A DNA stretch of 64,000 nt from Squalus acanthias (lineage: Eukaryota): positions 9,302,001 to 9,366,000 of the forward strand of contig CM059433.1 in the NCBI GenBank assembly GCA_030390025.1. Reading direction: 5' to 3'. Of this stretch, positions 49,936 to 62,399 are shown piece by piece. Numbering within the stretch: position 1 is the first letter of the stretch; each line of letters opens with the position of its first letter. The notes under the pieces were generated by a model. The model was given only the letters and a program-made list of their open reading frames with translations. It did not search any database and was not told the origin of the DNA. Both the position numbers and the translations under genes were made by a program.

Positions 49936-51999
49936 CCCAAGGTACCCCAGCATGTGTGATTAGATTTAGAAAACTAGAAAGACTTAAGGAATTTGGGTGG
50001 GGATGGAGGAGGTAAAGGAAGAGATTAAAAAAGGGATAGGCAAATCTAAAACTAAAATCAAAAATCACACTAGTTTGCTACAGACAATGCATTGCAACAA
50101 CCCTGGGACTGAGATCTCTGAAAATCATGAAAGACTGGATGTAGATATCTAAAAATCAACTCTTTCCTTCCCCTCCTTCACATATTGGGACCAGTGAGGG
50201 TGAACAATGAAGGCGGCGGCCAAAAACACAATCGGAGGCAAATTAATCCAATTAAATTTTATATTTTACTCGCTATATAGTATGCACTTGACTATGGTGT
50301 ATTAAGCAGATAGCTTAACAGGATATTGTGCAGAATGCATCAACAAATGCAGCCTACGTAAAATGCCCAACAATTAGACAACTGACAGCCCAGCTGAACA
50401 CGTGAAAGGATCAAGCTGCTCAAATTGACAGCCAGTCAATAGAATTAAAGTGTTGATGTCGTATTGTATTTTTGCCACCAACAATGGTTGGCATGATGAA
50501 AAAAAAAGAGTAGAACATGACTAAATGAATTCTTTCTACACTTTGAATCATTATCAATTATCAGGCTCTTGACAATTTGACGTGGGAGTTTGAAGAGATT
50601 CCCAGATGAAACAGTGTTACATTTCTACACTACGAGATCTCTCACTGCCTCACGACCCAAGTGAATTGACTGCTTCAGTTCTCAATTTCTGTGTTTCACG
50701 GTTCTAGACTTCTTCCTCCTGCACTCATTCAGCTTTTTCCATACAAAGTGCTTTCATTTTTCTGTTCATTTTTTTTTGGGGGGGGGGGGTAGGAGAAAGA
50801 GAAGGAAGGGGAGAAAACAAAAGTGCTAGAAGGGGGGAAATTACATCTTCAGGGCATCCAATATGCTTCACACCAATTAATTACTCTTGAAGTACAGTTC
50901 TTTTTGGGAAAACTGAAGGGCAGCTGCCACCCACAGAACCATACTCCATCACAAGCCAGTGCCTTCCTGTGAGGAGAGGATAAAACTGGAACATTTTCTG
51001 AAGGTAACTCCAGTGAACTGGAATAAAACTTTACGGTTCACGGCATTGTGATTTGAAAGCTTAAAAACAAAATTAGACGTTACTGTATTCAGCTAGACTG
51101 CCTTGATAATCATGAGCAGAAGGACCAATTGATAAACATGTTTCAAAAAGATTACATCCTTCTCCTCCCAACTAGGACTATAAAAAACCCTGCTTTTTGT
51201 CTATTACATGTATACAAGTGCAGAGCTGCTCAAGCTGAACACATTAAAAATTGAACTAAAAGTGGACATTAATTATTCAGTCATATACAATATCTGGATA
51301 GCCTACTTACACAGTTTGGGAATAAAAATTATGTTTTTCTACTACCTCCAAAAATTAAATGTTATAAAATAATTGAGAACAGTGCAGGTAGAATCGGGTG
51401 CAGTAAGCTAGTACTTCATACTTCACCGAGTAACCAAAGTCACTTGGGTTAGATCATCTGCCAGAGATAACTACGGAGTGCTATTTTTGCTCTCTCCTCC
51501 GCCCCCCACCACACCTCCCACAATTTATGAAGATATCACATAATATTTTAATTAATTCTTCCTCAGTTAGACAAAATTAAGCTAACTTTCCCACTCCAGA
51601 TTACAAATAGTAGCAATTGCCTTCCCTCCATACAACTTACATTTTAAGCTTTCATTGCTTATTTTGTTAAACAGAAGCTCTGTCTGCCGTTCAGGTGGAC
51701 ATACAAGCATACATGGCAACATTTGAAAAGAGCAAAGGAGGTCTGTGCATCCTGGCCAATATTTATCCTCCAACCAACATCTCCAACACAGATTAATTGG
51801 TAATTTATCTAATTTGCTAGTTGCGGGACCTTCCTGTGCTAATTAGTTACCATGTTTGTCTGCATAATAATGATTACGCTTAAAGTATTTTACTGGCTGT
51901 GAAACGCATGGGGACATCTTGTGGACAGATAAGGCATCATATATCGGGTACGGTAGCATAGTGGTTATGTTAGTGGACTCGTAATCCAGAGATGCGAGT

Positions 52000-52810
52000 G
52001 CATGCAGCAAAACCTGGACGACATTCAGGCTTGGGCTGATAAGTGGCAGGTAACATTCGCACCATACAAGTGCTAGGCAATGAACATCTCCAACAAGCGA
52101 GCGTCTAACCACCACCCCTTGACATTCAACGACAATACCAACGCCGAAACCCCCACCATCAATATCCTGGGCGGTCATCATTGACCAGCCACATTAAATA
52201 CAGTGGCAACAAGAGCAGGTCAGAGGCTGGGTATTCTGCGGCGAGTGTCTCACCTCCTGACTCCCCAAAGCCTTTCCACCATCTACAAGGCACAAATCAG
52301 GAGTGTGATGGAATACTCTCCACTGCCTGGATGAGTGCAGCTCCAATAACACTCAAGAAGCTCGACACCATCCCAGACAAAGCAGCCCGCTTGATTGGCA
52401 CCCCATCCACCACCTTAAACATTCACTCCCTCCACCACCGGTGCACCATGGCTGCAGTGTGTACCATCTACAAGATGCACTGCAGCAACTCGCCAAGGCT
52501 TCTTCGGCAGCACCTCCCAAACCCACAACCTCTACCACCTAGAAGGACAAGGGCAGCAGGCGCATGGGAACACCACCACCTCCAAGTCACACACCGTCCT
52601 GACTTGGAAGTATATCACCGTTCCTTCATTGTCGCTGGGTCAAAATCCTGGAACTCCCTCCCTAACAGCACTGTGGGAGTACCTTCACCACACGGACTGC
52701 AGCGGTTCAAGGCGGCGGCTCACCACCACCTTCTCAAGGACAACTAGGGATGGGCAATAAATGCTGGCCTTGCCAGCGATGCCCACATCCCATGAACTAA
52801 TAAAAAAAAA
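52000..52810 (+). mobile_element. LINE 3' fragment, second CR1/L2-group family, A-tailed
   Basis: AWMSAAP.TLKKLDTI.DKAARLIG..NIHSLHHR..IYKMHCS..SKSWNSLP; ends in poly(A). Confidence 0.8.
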
Positions 52811-52859
52811 CACGGGAGGGAGGGAATGACCGCTCACAGAATCATACTTATCAGCCAAA

Positions 52860-55800
52860 TGTTCCAGACTCCTTCACCATCCTTTGTTATGGCCTGTCCT
52901 ACTGGTAGGGCAGACCCACCAGGCAGCAGCGGCATAGTGGTATACAATCAGGAGGGAGTTGCCCTGGGAGTCCTCAACATCGACTCTGGATGCCATGAAG
53001 TCTCATGGGCAAAGAAACCTCCTGCTGATTACCACCTACCGCCCTGCCTCAGCTGATGAATCAGTGCTCTCCATGTTGACCACCACTTGGAAGAAGCACT
53101 GAATGTACTCTGGGTTGGGTGGGGACTAAAATGTCCATTACCAAGAGTGGCTCGGTAACACCACTACTGACTGAGCTGGCCAAGTCCTGAAGGACATAGC
53201 TGCCAGACTGGGCTTGCAGCAGGTGGCGAGAGAACCAACAAGGGAAAACCTACTTGACCTCGTCCTTGCCAATTTACCTGTTGCAGATGCATCTGTCCAT
53301 GACAGTATTGGTAGGAGTGACCACCCCACAGTCCTTGTGGAGACAATGTCCCATCTTCACACTGAGGACACCCTCCATAGTGTTGTGTGGCATTACCACT
53401 GTGCTAAATGGGATAGATTCACAACAGATCTAGCAGCTCAAAGCTGGGCATCCATGAGATGCTGTGGGCCATCAGCAGAATTGTATTCCACCACAATCTG
53501 TAACCACATGGCCCAACATATCCCTTACTCTACCATTCAAGCCAGGCGACCAACCCTGGTGCAATGAGGAGTGTAGAAGAGCATGCCAGGAGCAGCACCA
53601 AGCATACCAAAAAATGAGGTGCCAACCTGGTGACGCAACACAGGACTACATGCATGCTAAACAACAGAAGCAGCATGCTATAGACTGAGCTAAGCGATCC
53701 CACAACCAACGGATGAGATCAAAGTTCTGGAGCCCTGCCACATCCAGTCGTGATTGGCAGTGGATAATTAAACAACTAACGGGAAGAGAAGGCTCCATGA
53801 ACAGCCCCATCCTCAACGATGGTGCAGCCCAGCCCGTGAGTGAAAAAGTCAAGGCTGAAGCTTCGCAACCTTCTTCAACCAGAAGTGCCGAGTGGATAAT
53901 CCATCTCGGCCTCCTCCTGAGGTCCCCACCATCACAAATGCCAGTCTTCAGCCAATTCGATTCACTCCACGTGATAGTAACAGCTGAACGCACTGGATAC
54001 AGCAAAGGCTATGGGTCCCGACAACATCCAGGCTGTAGTGAATTATAGAAGAAAGTTACAGCACGGAAGGAGGCCATTTCGGCCCATTGTGTCCGCGCTG
54101 GCCAACAAAGAGCTATCCAGCCTAATCCCACTTCCCAGCTCATGGTCCGTAGCCCTGCAGGTTACAGCATCCCAAGTGCACATCCAAGTACTTTTTAAAA
54201 TGTGGTTAGGGTTTCTGCCTCTACCACCCTTTCAGGCAGTGAGTTCCAGACCCCCACAACCCTCTGGGTGAAGAAATTTCCCCTCAAATCCCCTCTAAAC
54301 CTTGCACCAATTACTTTAAATCTGGGCCCCTGGTTTTTGACACCCCTGCTAAGGGAAATAGGTCCTTTCTATCCACTTTATCTAGGCCCTTCATAATTTT
54401 ATACACCTCAATATAAGGTCTCCCCTCAGCCTCCTCTGTTCCAAGGAAAACAAACCCAGCCTATCCAGTCTTTCCTCATAGCTAAGATTCTCTACTCCCG
54501 GCAACATTCTTGTAAGTCTCCTCTGTACCCTCTCCAGTGCAATCACATCTTTCCTGTAATGTGGCGACCAGAACTGCACGCAGTACTCTAGCTGAGGCCT
54601 AACTAGTGTTTTATACAGCTGAAGCATAACCCCCCTGCTCTAGTGCTGAAGACTTGTGCTCCAGAACTAGCCGCGCCTCTAGCCAAGCTGTTCCAGTACA
54701 GCTACAACGCTGGCATCTACCAGACAAAGTGGAAAATTGCCCAGGTATGTCCTAGCCACAAAAAGCAGGACAAATCCAATCGGGCCAATTACCATCCCAT
54801 CAGTCTACTCTCAATCATCAGCAAAGTGATGGAAAGTATTAAGCGGCACTTACTCACCGATGCTCAGTTTGGGTTCACTCAGCTCCACACCTCATTACAG
54901 CCTTGGTCCAAATATGGACATAGGAGCTGAATTCCAGAGATGAGACGAGAGTGACATCAAGGTAGCATTTACCAGAGTGTGAAACCAAGGAGCCCTAGTA
55001 AAACTGAAGTCAGTGGAAAACTCGCCACTGGCTGGAGTTATATGTAGCACAAAGGAAAATGATTGTGGTTGCTGGAGGTCAATCATCTCAACCCCAGGAC
55101 GTTGCTGCATGAGTTCCTCAGGGCAGTGTCCTCAGCCCAACCATCTTCAGCTGCTTCATCAATGACCTTCTCTCCATCATAAAGGTCAGAAGTGGGGATG
55201 TTCACTGATGATTGGAACTGAACACTGTACATTCACAATTCCTCAGATAATGAAGCAGTCCGTGCCCACCAGGCTTGGCTGATAAGTGGCAGTTAACATT
55301 TGCGCATGCCAGGCAATGACCATCTCCAACAAGAGAAAGTCTAACCATCTCCCCTTGACATTAAATGGCATTACCATCGTCGAATCCCCCAACATCAACA
55401 TTCTGGGGGGGGTTTCACCATTGACCAGAAACTTAACTGGACCAGCCACCCAAATACTGTGGCTATAAAAGCAGGTCAGAGGCTGGGTATTCTGCAGCGA
55501 GTGTCTCACCTCCTGACTTCCCAAAGCCTTTCCACCATCTACAAGGCACTAGTCAGGAGTGTGATGGAATACTCTCCACTTGCCTGGATGAGTACAGCTC
55601 CAACAACACTCAAGAAGCCCAACACCATCCAGAACAAAGCAGCCCGCTTGACCAACACTCCATCCACCACCTTAAACATTCACTGCCTCCACCACCGGTG
55701 CAACATGGCTGCAGTGTGCACCATCTACAAAATGCACTGCAGCAACTCACCAAGGCTACTTCGGCAGCACCTCTCAAACCCGCGACCTCTATCACCTAGA

Positions 55801-56060
55801 AGGACAAGGGCAGCAGGCACAGGGGAGCACCATCACCTCCCAAGTTACACACCATCCTGACTTGGAAATGTATCACTATTCCTTCACCGTCACTAGGTCA
55901 AAATCCTGGAACTCCCTACCCAACACCACTGTGGGAGGAGCTTCACCACACAACTACAGCAGTTCAAGGCAGCGGCTCACCACCACCTTCTCAAGGGCAA
56001 TTAGGGATGGGCAACAAATGCTGCCTTGTCAGCGACACCCACATCCCGTGAATTAATAAA
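52860..56060 (+). mobile_element. Decayed near-complete ORF2 of the same LINE family, with a nested minus-strand CR1 (54042-54640)
   Basis: Endonuclease PTRENLLDLVL..SDH. RT motifs KAMGPDNI | LKTCAPELAAPL..NYHPISLLS, VPQGSVL, FTDD. The nested CR1 ([21 protein letters not shown]) is flanked by TAGTG. Confidence 0.85.
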
Positions 56061-57799
56061 TTTTTTAAAATGCAAAAATATTCTCTCTTCTTTAGTATGA
56101 GGTGTTCTTAATGGGTACAAGTTTACCTATCCGACCCCCAGTGAAAACTTCCAGTATCAGATGACCATTTTATCAAAACTATTACTGATTATATAATAGC
56201 TAATTTCAAAACAAAGCTCTATCTAGTTTTTTTAAAAAGTGGAGGTGCACTTGTGCTACTTAGGCTACAAGGGCTGCCATTTTACATGTGGCACAGTTGA
56301 TTGCATCTCAATCAGCATATCGCGGTGCAACAGATGTGGCCAAGTTACTTCTATTATGGAGTCTTACCCCCAAATTTGCCACATTAAAACAGGTATAGAC
56401 TTGCGGAACGGTGAATGCGTGTCAAAAATGTGGTTGGCAAACTTTTACAAAGTCATTCTTCTTCACCTAAAAAACAGTTTGCATATGTGCGTGTGTGTTT
56501 GTGTTTTTGAATATGCAACAGTAAACATTACTAAACACTACTGCCTCTTGGGCACTCGCCCAATTAAGTAGTGTGGAAAACTAAGCCACACCTGGTCATG
56601 GAATGCTTGATTCCAATACTGGGTGGAGTGCAGGAAATAAAGAGTCATTCTCCTTGAATGGTTCACCTTACTTCTTGATCAGCAGCATCTTGGATATGCA
56701 CAAATACCCTTTAAAATAGTAAAATGTTCAATTACATTATCTTTTATTTGGAATTACCTAAAGTTAGCTACCAACCCCACCTAAATTTATGTATAGGTAA
56801 ATTTGTGTTTCTATCATATACACACACAAAAACTAGTCTTACCATAAATTCATATCTCGGGGGGGGGGGGGAGAACATGTAGTTCAAAATGTACTGGCAA
56901 ACTAATGTCGTTTAGCTTAACATGCACTAGCATTTTTTATAATTAATTGCAAGAACATTGAGGTAATAGGGATAACAGGGTCCCGCCTAACTCAGTAGAT
57001 TGGCAAATAATCCCAAAACATTGTGCACATTTCCAAGCTTGCCCTACTTCTAGCCTTTGAAGCTTCCTTACAATAAAAAGTTTAGCAGCCAGTTTTGTTT
57101 TAAAAAAAAACTTATCTAGTGAACTATTTCACAGCAACCACTGAACAGATGCTGTTCAGATTAATCGGAGGAATTCTCATTGTAAGAGGAGACTCGGGAA
57201 CATTACACAAAACACAAAAAACCAACAATAAAAAACCACACACAAATCTGTGCGGAAACTGCTCCAGATTTTTTTTTTTTTTGGGGGCGGGGGGAAGAGA
57301 GAAAGAGTACTCAACAACTTCGTCGGCGATTTCCATTTTAATTATTATCGACAGATGCAACAACTACTCTGCCTTGATTAGATTTAAACGCTGTATCTGA
57401 AACAGCGCTTGCTCCTGGGGACGGACGGTAAACGAGACCCACCGAATAAAAAAAAACCACACCACACAAACGGAGAGAGAAAAAAAAAAGAGTTCGTCAA
57501 ATCTGCTTATATAAAAAAAAATGGTTAAAAATACCAGAGGGGATTTTTTTTTTTCACAAGATGTGCGCGGTTGACAAGAGGCGGCGGCGGCCGCCCCTGA
57601 ATTCCTTACTATATTTATAACAAACAAACAAAAATCTCCCCACCAGTTGTGAAGGGTCTAAAAATATCATCCAACGTTTATTTGGGAAAATGTAAGTCCA
57701 ACCCAGGGCAATATCTCAAACTTTAAGGTTGCCTCAGCTCAGGGGGGAAAATGTGTGGAAATGCTGCAGAGTTGTCAAGAAAAGAGGGGGACAGCTGCT

Positions 57800-58290
57800 T
57801 CCCCTCAGGGGCCGAGAGGGAAAAGGACGACGACCGACCGACCGACGGACGACGAGTTGAGGGAAGAAAAAGAAAAAAGGCGGCCGGCTAAAACGGACAG
57901 CCACGTACCTGGTCGATGGACAGATTTATCGCCTCGCTGAGGGGCTGCAGCAGAGTGGAGCCGGTGGTGGTGCCGCTCGAAGCCATGTTGGTTTTTTTTT
58001 GACAAGCGGAAAACGCTGCCCGCTCACAGCCATAACAACAGGCGCCCTCCCCGCCCCCCGTCTTCTTCCCCGCCCACCCCGACCAATCACATCGCCCGGC
58101 GCCGCCCTCCCGCCCGCGCCCATTGGTCCAGGCGGCCGGCAGGCGGGGCACATCAATTAGCCCCCGCCCCCCCCCCCCAACAGCCCGTAGCCCCGCCCCC
58201 CTCCCCCCGGGCCCGGTCGCGTTGTCAGTCGCCTGACGTCACGGAGCCTTTTTTTCAAAGCGTGGTGTGTGTGTTTATGACGTCATGACT
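57800..58290 (-). promoter_or_regulatory. CpG-island promoter / 5' UTR of MBOAT2
   Basis: Locally GC- and CpG-rich non-repeat tract. CCAAT boxes at ~58083 (+) and ~58122 (-), several GGGCGG boxes, and two perfect TGACGTCA (CRE) sites at 58234-58241 and 58278-58285. No obvious TATA box. Confidence 0.8.
57909..57986 (-). CDS. MBOAT2: MBOAT2 coding exon 1 (MASSGTTTGSTLLQPLSEAINLSIDQ)
   Basis: ATG at 57986 in AACATGG context. The 26 codons closely match the vertebrate MBOAT2 N-terminus as I recall it (human MATTSTTGSTLLQPLSNAVQLPIDQ). Ends CAG|gtacgt donor, phase 0. Lies in the CpG-rich island. Confidence 0.95.
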
Positions 58291-58369
58291 GAATGAATGA
58301 ATGAATGAAGAGGGCAGCATTCAGAATATAAGGCAGTAAGAGCAGCAGTAGGCCCCAGATATCTGCCCT

Positions 58370-59185
58370 CCTCTAATTCTGCCCTCTTGAGCACCCCTGA
58401 TTATAAATCACTCAACCATGGGTGGCCCTGCCTTCCGTGGCCGAGGCCCTAAGTTCTGGAATTCCCTGCCGAAACCGCTCCGCCTCGCTACCTCTCCTTC
58501 CTCCTTTAAGACGCTCCTTAAAACCTACCTCTTAAGAACATAAGAAATAGGAGCAGCAGTGGGCCATACGACCCCTCGAGCCTGCTCCGCCATTCATGGC
58601 TGATCATCGACCTCAACTCCACTTTCCCGCCCGATCTCCATATCCCTTGATTCCCCTAGAGTCCAAAAATCTATCTATCTCAGCCTTGAATATACTCAAA
58701 GACTCAGCATTCACAGCCCTCTGGGGCAGGGAATTCCAAAGATTCACCACCCTCTGAGTGAAGAAATTCCTCCTCATCTCAGTCTTAAATGGCTGACCCC
58801 TTATCCTGAGACTATGCCCCCTAGTTCTGGACACTCCAGCCAGGGGAAACAACCTCTCAGCATCTAACCTGTCAATCCCTTTCAGAATCTTGTATGTTTC
58901 AATGAGATCACCTCTCATTCTTCTAAACTCCAGAGAGTATAGGCCCATTCTACACAATCTCTCATCATTGGACAGCCCTCTCATCCCAGGAATCAATCTA
59001 GTGAACCTTTGTTGCACCACCTCCAAGGCAAGTATATCTTTCCTTAGATAAGGAGACCAAAACTGTGCACAGTACTCCAGGTGTGGTCTCACCAAGGCCC
59101 TGTACAATTGTAACAAGACATCCTTACTCTTATACTCCAACTCCCTTGCAATAAAGGCCAACATGCCATTTGCCTTCCTTATTGT
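58370..59185. mobile_element. L2 tail (+, 58370-58533) followed by a well-preserved CR1 3' end (-, 58534-59185)
   Basis: Uninterrupted IRKANGMLAFIA...IKGYGDRAGKWS* in ORF 58613-59314. Confidence 0.9.
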
Positions 59186-59269
59186 GAGACTGGTGTAATT
59201 TAAAGGGCTTTTTTTGGGAAAAGATGAAGTTTGATTTTTTCCTCTCACTCTCTCCCTCCCTTGGGTTTT

Positions 59270-59872
59270 TTTTATTCGTTCGTGGGATGTGGGCGTCGCT
59301 GGCAAGGCCGGCATTTATCGCCCATCCCCAGTTGCCCCAGAGAAGACGATGGTGGTGAGCCTCCGCCTTCTTGAACCGCTGCAGTCCGTGTGGTGAAGGT
59401 ACTCCCACAGTGCTGTTAGGGAGGGAGTTCCAGGATTTTGACCCAGCGACGATGAAGGATCGGCGATATACTTCCAAGTCAGGATGATGTGTGACTTGGA
59501 GGGGAACTTGGAGGTGGTGGTGTTCCCATGCGCCTGCTGCCCTTGTCCTTCTAGGTGGAAGAGGTCGCGGGTTTGGGAGGTGCTGTCGAAGGAGCTTTGG
59601 CAAGTTGCTGCAGTGCATCTTGTCGATGGTACACACTGCAGCCACGGTACGCCGGTGGTGGAGGGAGTGAATGTTTAAGGTGGTGGATGGGGTGCCAATC
59701 AAGCGGGCTGCTTTGTCCTGGAGGGTGCCGAGCTTCTTGAATGTTGTTGGAGCTGCACTCACCCAGGCAAGCGGAGAGTATTCCATCACACTCCTTACTT
59801 GTGCCTTGTAGATGGTGGAAAGGCTTTGGGGAGTCAGGAGGTGAGACACTCGCCGCAGAATACCTAGCCTCT
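59270..59872 (-). mobile_element. LINE 3' fragment, same family as 52000-52810
   Basis: RLGILRRVSHLLTPQSLSTIYKAQVRSVMEYSPLAW..; A-tail at ~59270. Confidence 0.85.
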
Positions 59873-60589
59873 CCCCTTTCCCAGGAACTCCTTGCTCCTC
59901 TCTCATCGCCCTGCCCCACCTTTATGGCTCCTACCTAATTTCACTACTGTTGCGATAAAAATTGGTTTTGTATGAGCTGCATGCATATATAAGGGAATAC
60001 CTGATCTCCCGAGAATCACCACTTACAGCATACAAACAATTCAGCTTCATAACAGCAGCAACAAGACTTACATACGAGTCATGGTGGGGTTGTGGATTGG
60101 CTTGCACTGTTCTGACAAGCTGTGTTTAGCTCCAAAGAAATGAGCATACATTTGTCAGTCTAAATAAAAAGTGGGAAACCAACATATACCCATTTATACC
60201 GTCCACCGTTGCATAAGAGTACACCTAGTCCAACAAACAAGGAAGTATTTGTGACTTAACACTCAGGAATTTATGAAGGGGATGTCTGTAACTTGACTAC
60301 TGAATAATAATCTCTGTATAATTTACAGCTTAATATTTGCTTGCATTTGTTTGGGTAGGCAAAATAGAAGCCTTGTTAAATGACAATGAGTATTTCAAAC
60401 AAAGATAGACAAATGGACAACTGGCCATTAGTGACAATAATAGAGGCAAAGTCGTAAACATGTAAGGTGGCATAGTAATGCTAAACATACTTGAAACTCA
60501 GGTTTGCCAACAATGGAAACAAAATTGACTCGATGCCAAACATCTCATCCACTGTATGCCTTTGCTGCATGCCAAATATACTATAATAA

Positions 60590-61100
60590 TAACAACTTGC
60601 ATTTATATAATGTAGTAAAAAATCCCATGGCACTTTACGAGAGTGTTATCAAACAAAATTTGACACCGATCCACATAACGAGATATTAGGGCAGGTGACC
60701 AAAAGCTTGGTCAAAGAGGTAGGTTTTAAGGAGCGTCTTAAAGGAGGATAGAGAGGTAGAGAGGCGGAGAGGGTTTATGGAGTGAATTCCAGAGCTTGGG
60801 GCCTCGGCAGCTGAAGGCACGACCACCAATGCTGGAGCGATTAAAATCGGGGCTGCGCAAGAGGCTAGAATTGGAGGAGCGCAGATATCTCGGGGGGTTG
60901 TGGGGCTGAAGGAGATTACAGAGACAGGGAGGGGCGAGGCCATGGAGGGATCTGAAAACAAGGATGAGAATTTTTAAATCAAGGCGTTGCTCAACCTGGA
61001 GCCAATGTAGGTCAGCAAGCACAGGGGGTGATGAGTGAATGGGACTTGGTGCGAGTTAGGATACGGGCTGCAGAGTTTTGGATGAGCTTACGTTTATGGA
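60590..61100 (-). mobile_element. L2 3' fragment
   Basis: LADLHWLQVEQRLDLKILILVFRSLHGLAP..GGRAFSCRGPKLWNSL. Confidence 0.88.
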
Positions 61101-61144
61101 GTACTAGACTGCAAGCATCCAATTGACAACCTAAGTGAAATAAT

Positions 61145-61782
61145 GGCCCAGAATTTGCTGGGAAAATAACCCAGTAATTTGTGGCGAGGAAGAGATAGGC
61201 ATGAGTTGCTAATTGCCACAAATTGCTGGACGATTTGTGCCGCTTGCCATTAGCCTCACGTAAACGGGATCTGGCCGTCAACCTCCCCATGAGTTTCAAG
61301 AAATTGCTGCATTTGTGCTGTTAAAATGAATAAACTCACTGCAGAAAGTTAGGACTGTTACTTAATGATGTAAGGACCCTTTTAATCATGAGATTTAAGA
61401 AAGAAAGACTTGAAATTATATCATGCCTTTCACAACCTTAGGATGTCCCAAACAACTTTATAGCCAATGAAGTACTTTTTTAAAAGTGTAGTCACTGTTG
61501 TAATGTAGGAAACGTGGCAGTCAATGTGCGCACAGCAAGCTCCAAGTTCCCCTCCAAGTCACACAGCATCCTGACTTGGAAGTATATCGCCGTTCCTTCA
61601 TCGTCGCTGGTACAAAATCCTGGAACTTCCTCCCTAACAGCACTGTGGGAGTACCTTCACCACACGGACTGCAGCTGTTCAAGAAGGTGGCTTACCACCA
61701 CCTTCTCAAGGGCAATTAGGGATGGGCAATAAATGCTGGCCTTGCCAGCGACGCCCACATCCCATGAACGAATAAAAAAAAA
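61145..61782. mobile_element. TIR-element end (61145-61395), SINE tail and A-tailed LINE 3' end (61538-61782)
   Basis: GGCCCAGAATTTGCTG terminus shared with 21890; LINE tail matches 52580-52810. Confidence 0.65.
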
Positions 61783-62399
61783 AGCACACAGTGTGAGCAC
61801 GGACTGGCAGAGAGGGAACACTTAACACTTCATCTGGTGCATTTTCCAGCATTTTTGGAGTACACTTTTACACAAATACATTGGCCATTATCTTGGGTTC
61901 TAGATTAAATTGAGGACTTACTGCTAGAAATTAGATTTGTACCATAATAAAGGCATAAATAATTACAACATTTACAAGAAGTATGTAGATTTATCTCCGG
62001 TAGGATTATTTGCATTTAAAGTGCCTGTAACAATGGTTTCCATTGGAGGCCTGCGCCTGCATCAGAAGCATCAGACTGGAGTTAATCGGGGTTCCACAGC
62101 CCCGCTTTCGCACCCTGGCATCTCCTACCCAAACCCCCCCCCCCCCCCTCCCCCCCGCTCGTCCCCTAGGGCCTTGCAGCGGTGTAATCTCTGATTAACA
62201 GTGAGCTATGCCAGGGGCGAGCTGCTGATTGTTTCTTCATAAACAAATTTCTCTGTAAAATATTCTTCTCATAGGTGATGGCTATGGAAATTTAGGAAGT
62301 GTATGAAAAGTAATTTTAAAAGTGTTCCATTTTTTTCGACAACTGCAATATCTGTCGGGAGATATTTCCAGCAACACCTCCCAGTTAATTTAGAGTCAT

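Noticed and set aside
58613..59906. Long ORFs of 233 and 258 aa as host genes
   Set aside because: Both are LINE ORF2 C-termini repeated several times in the window.
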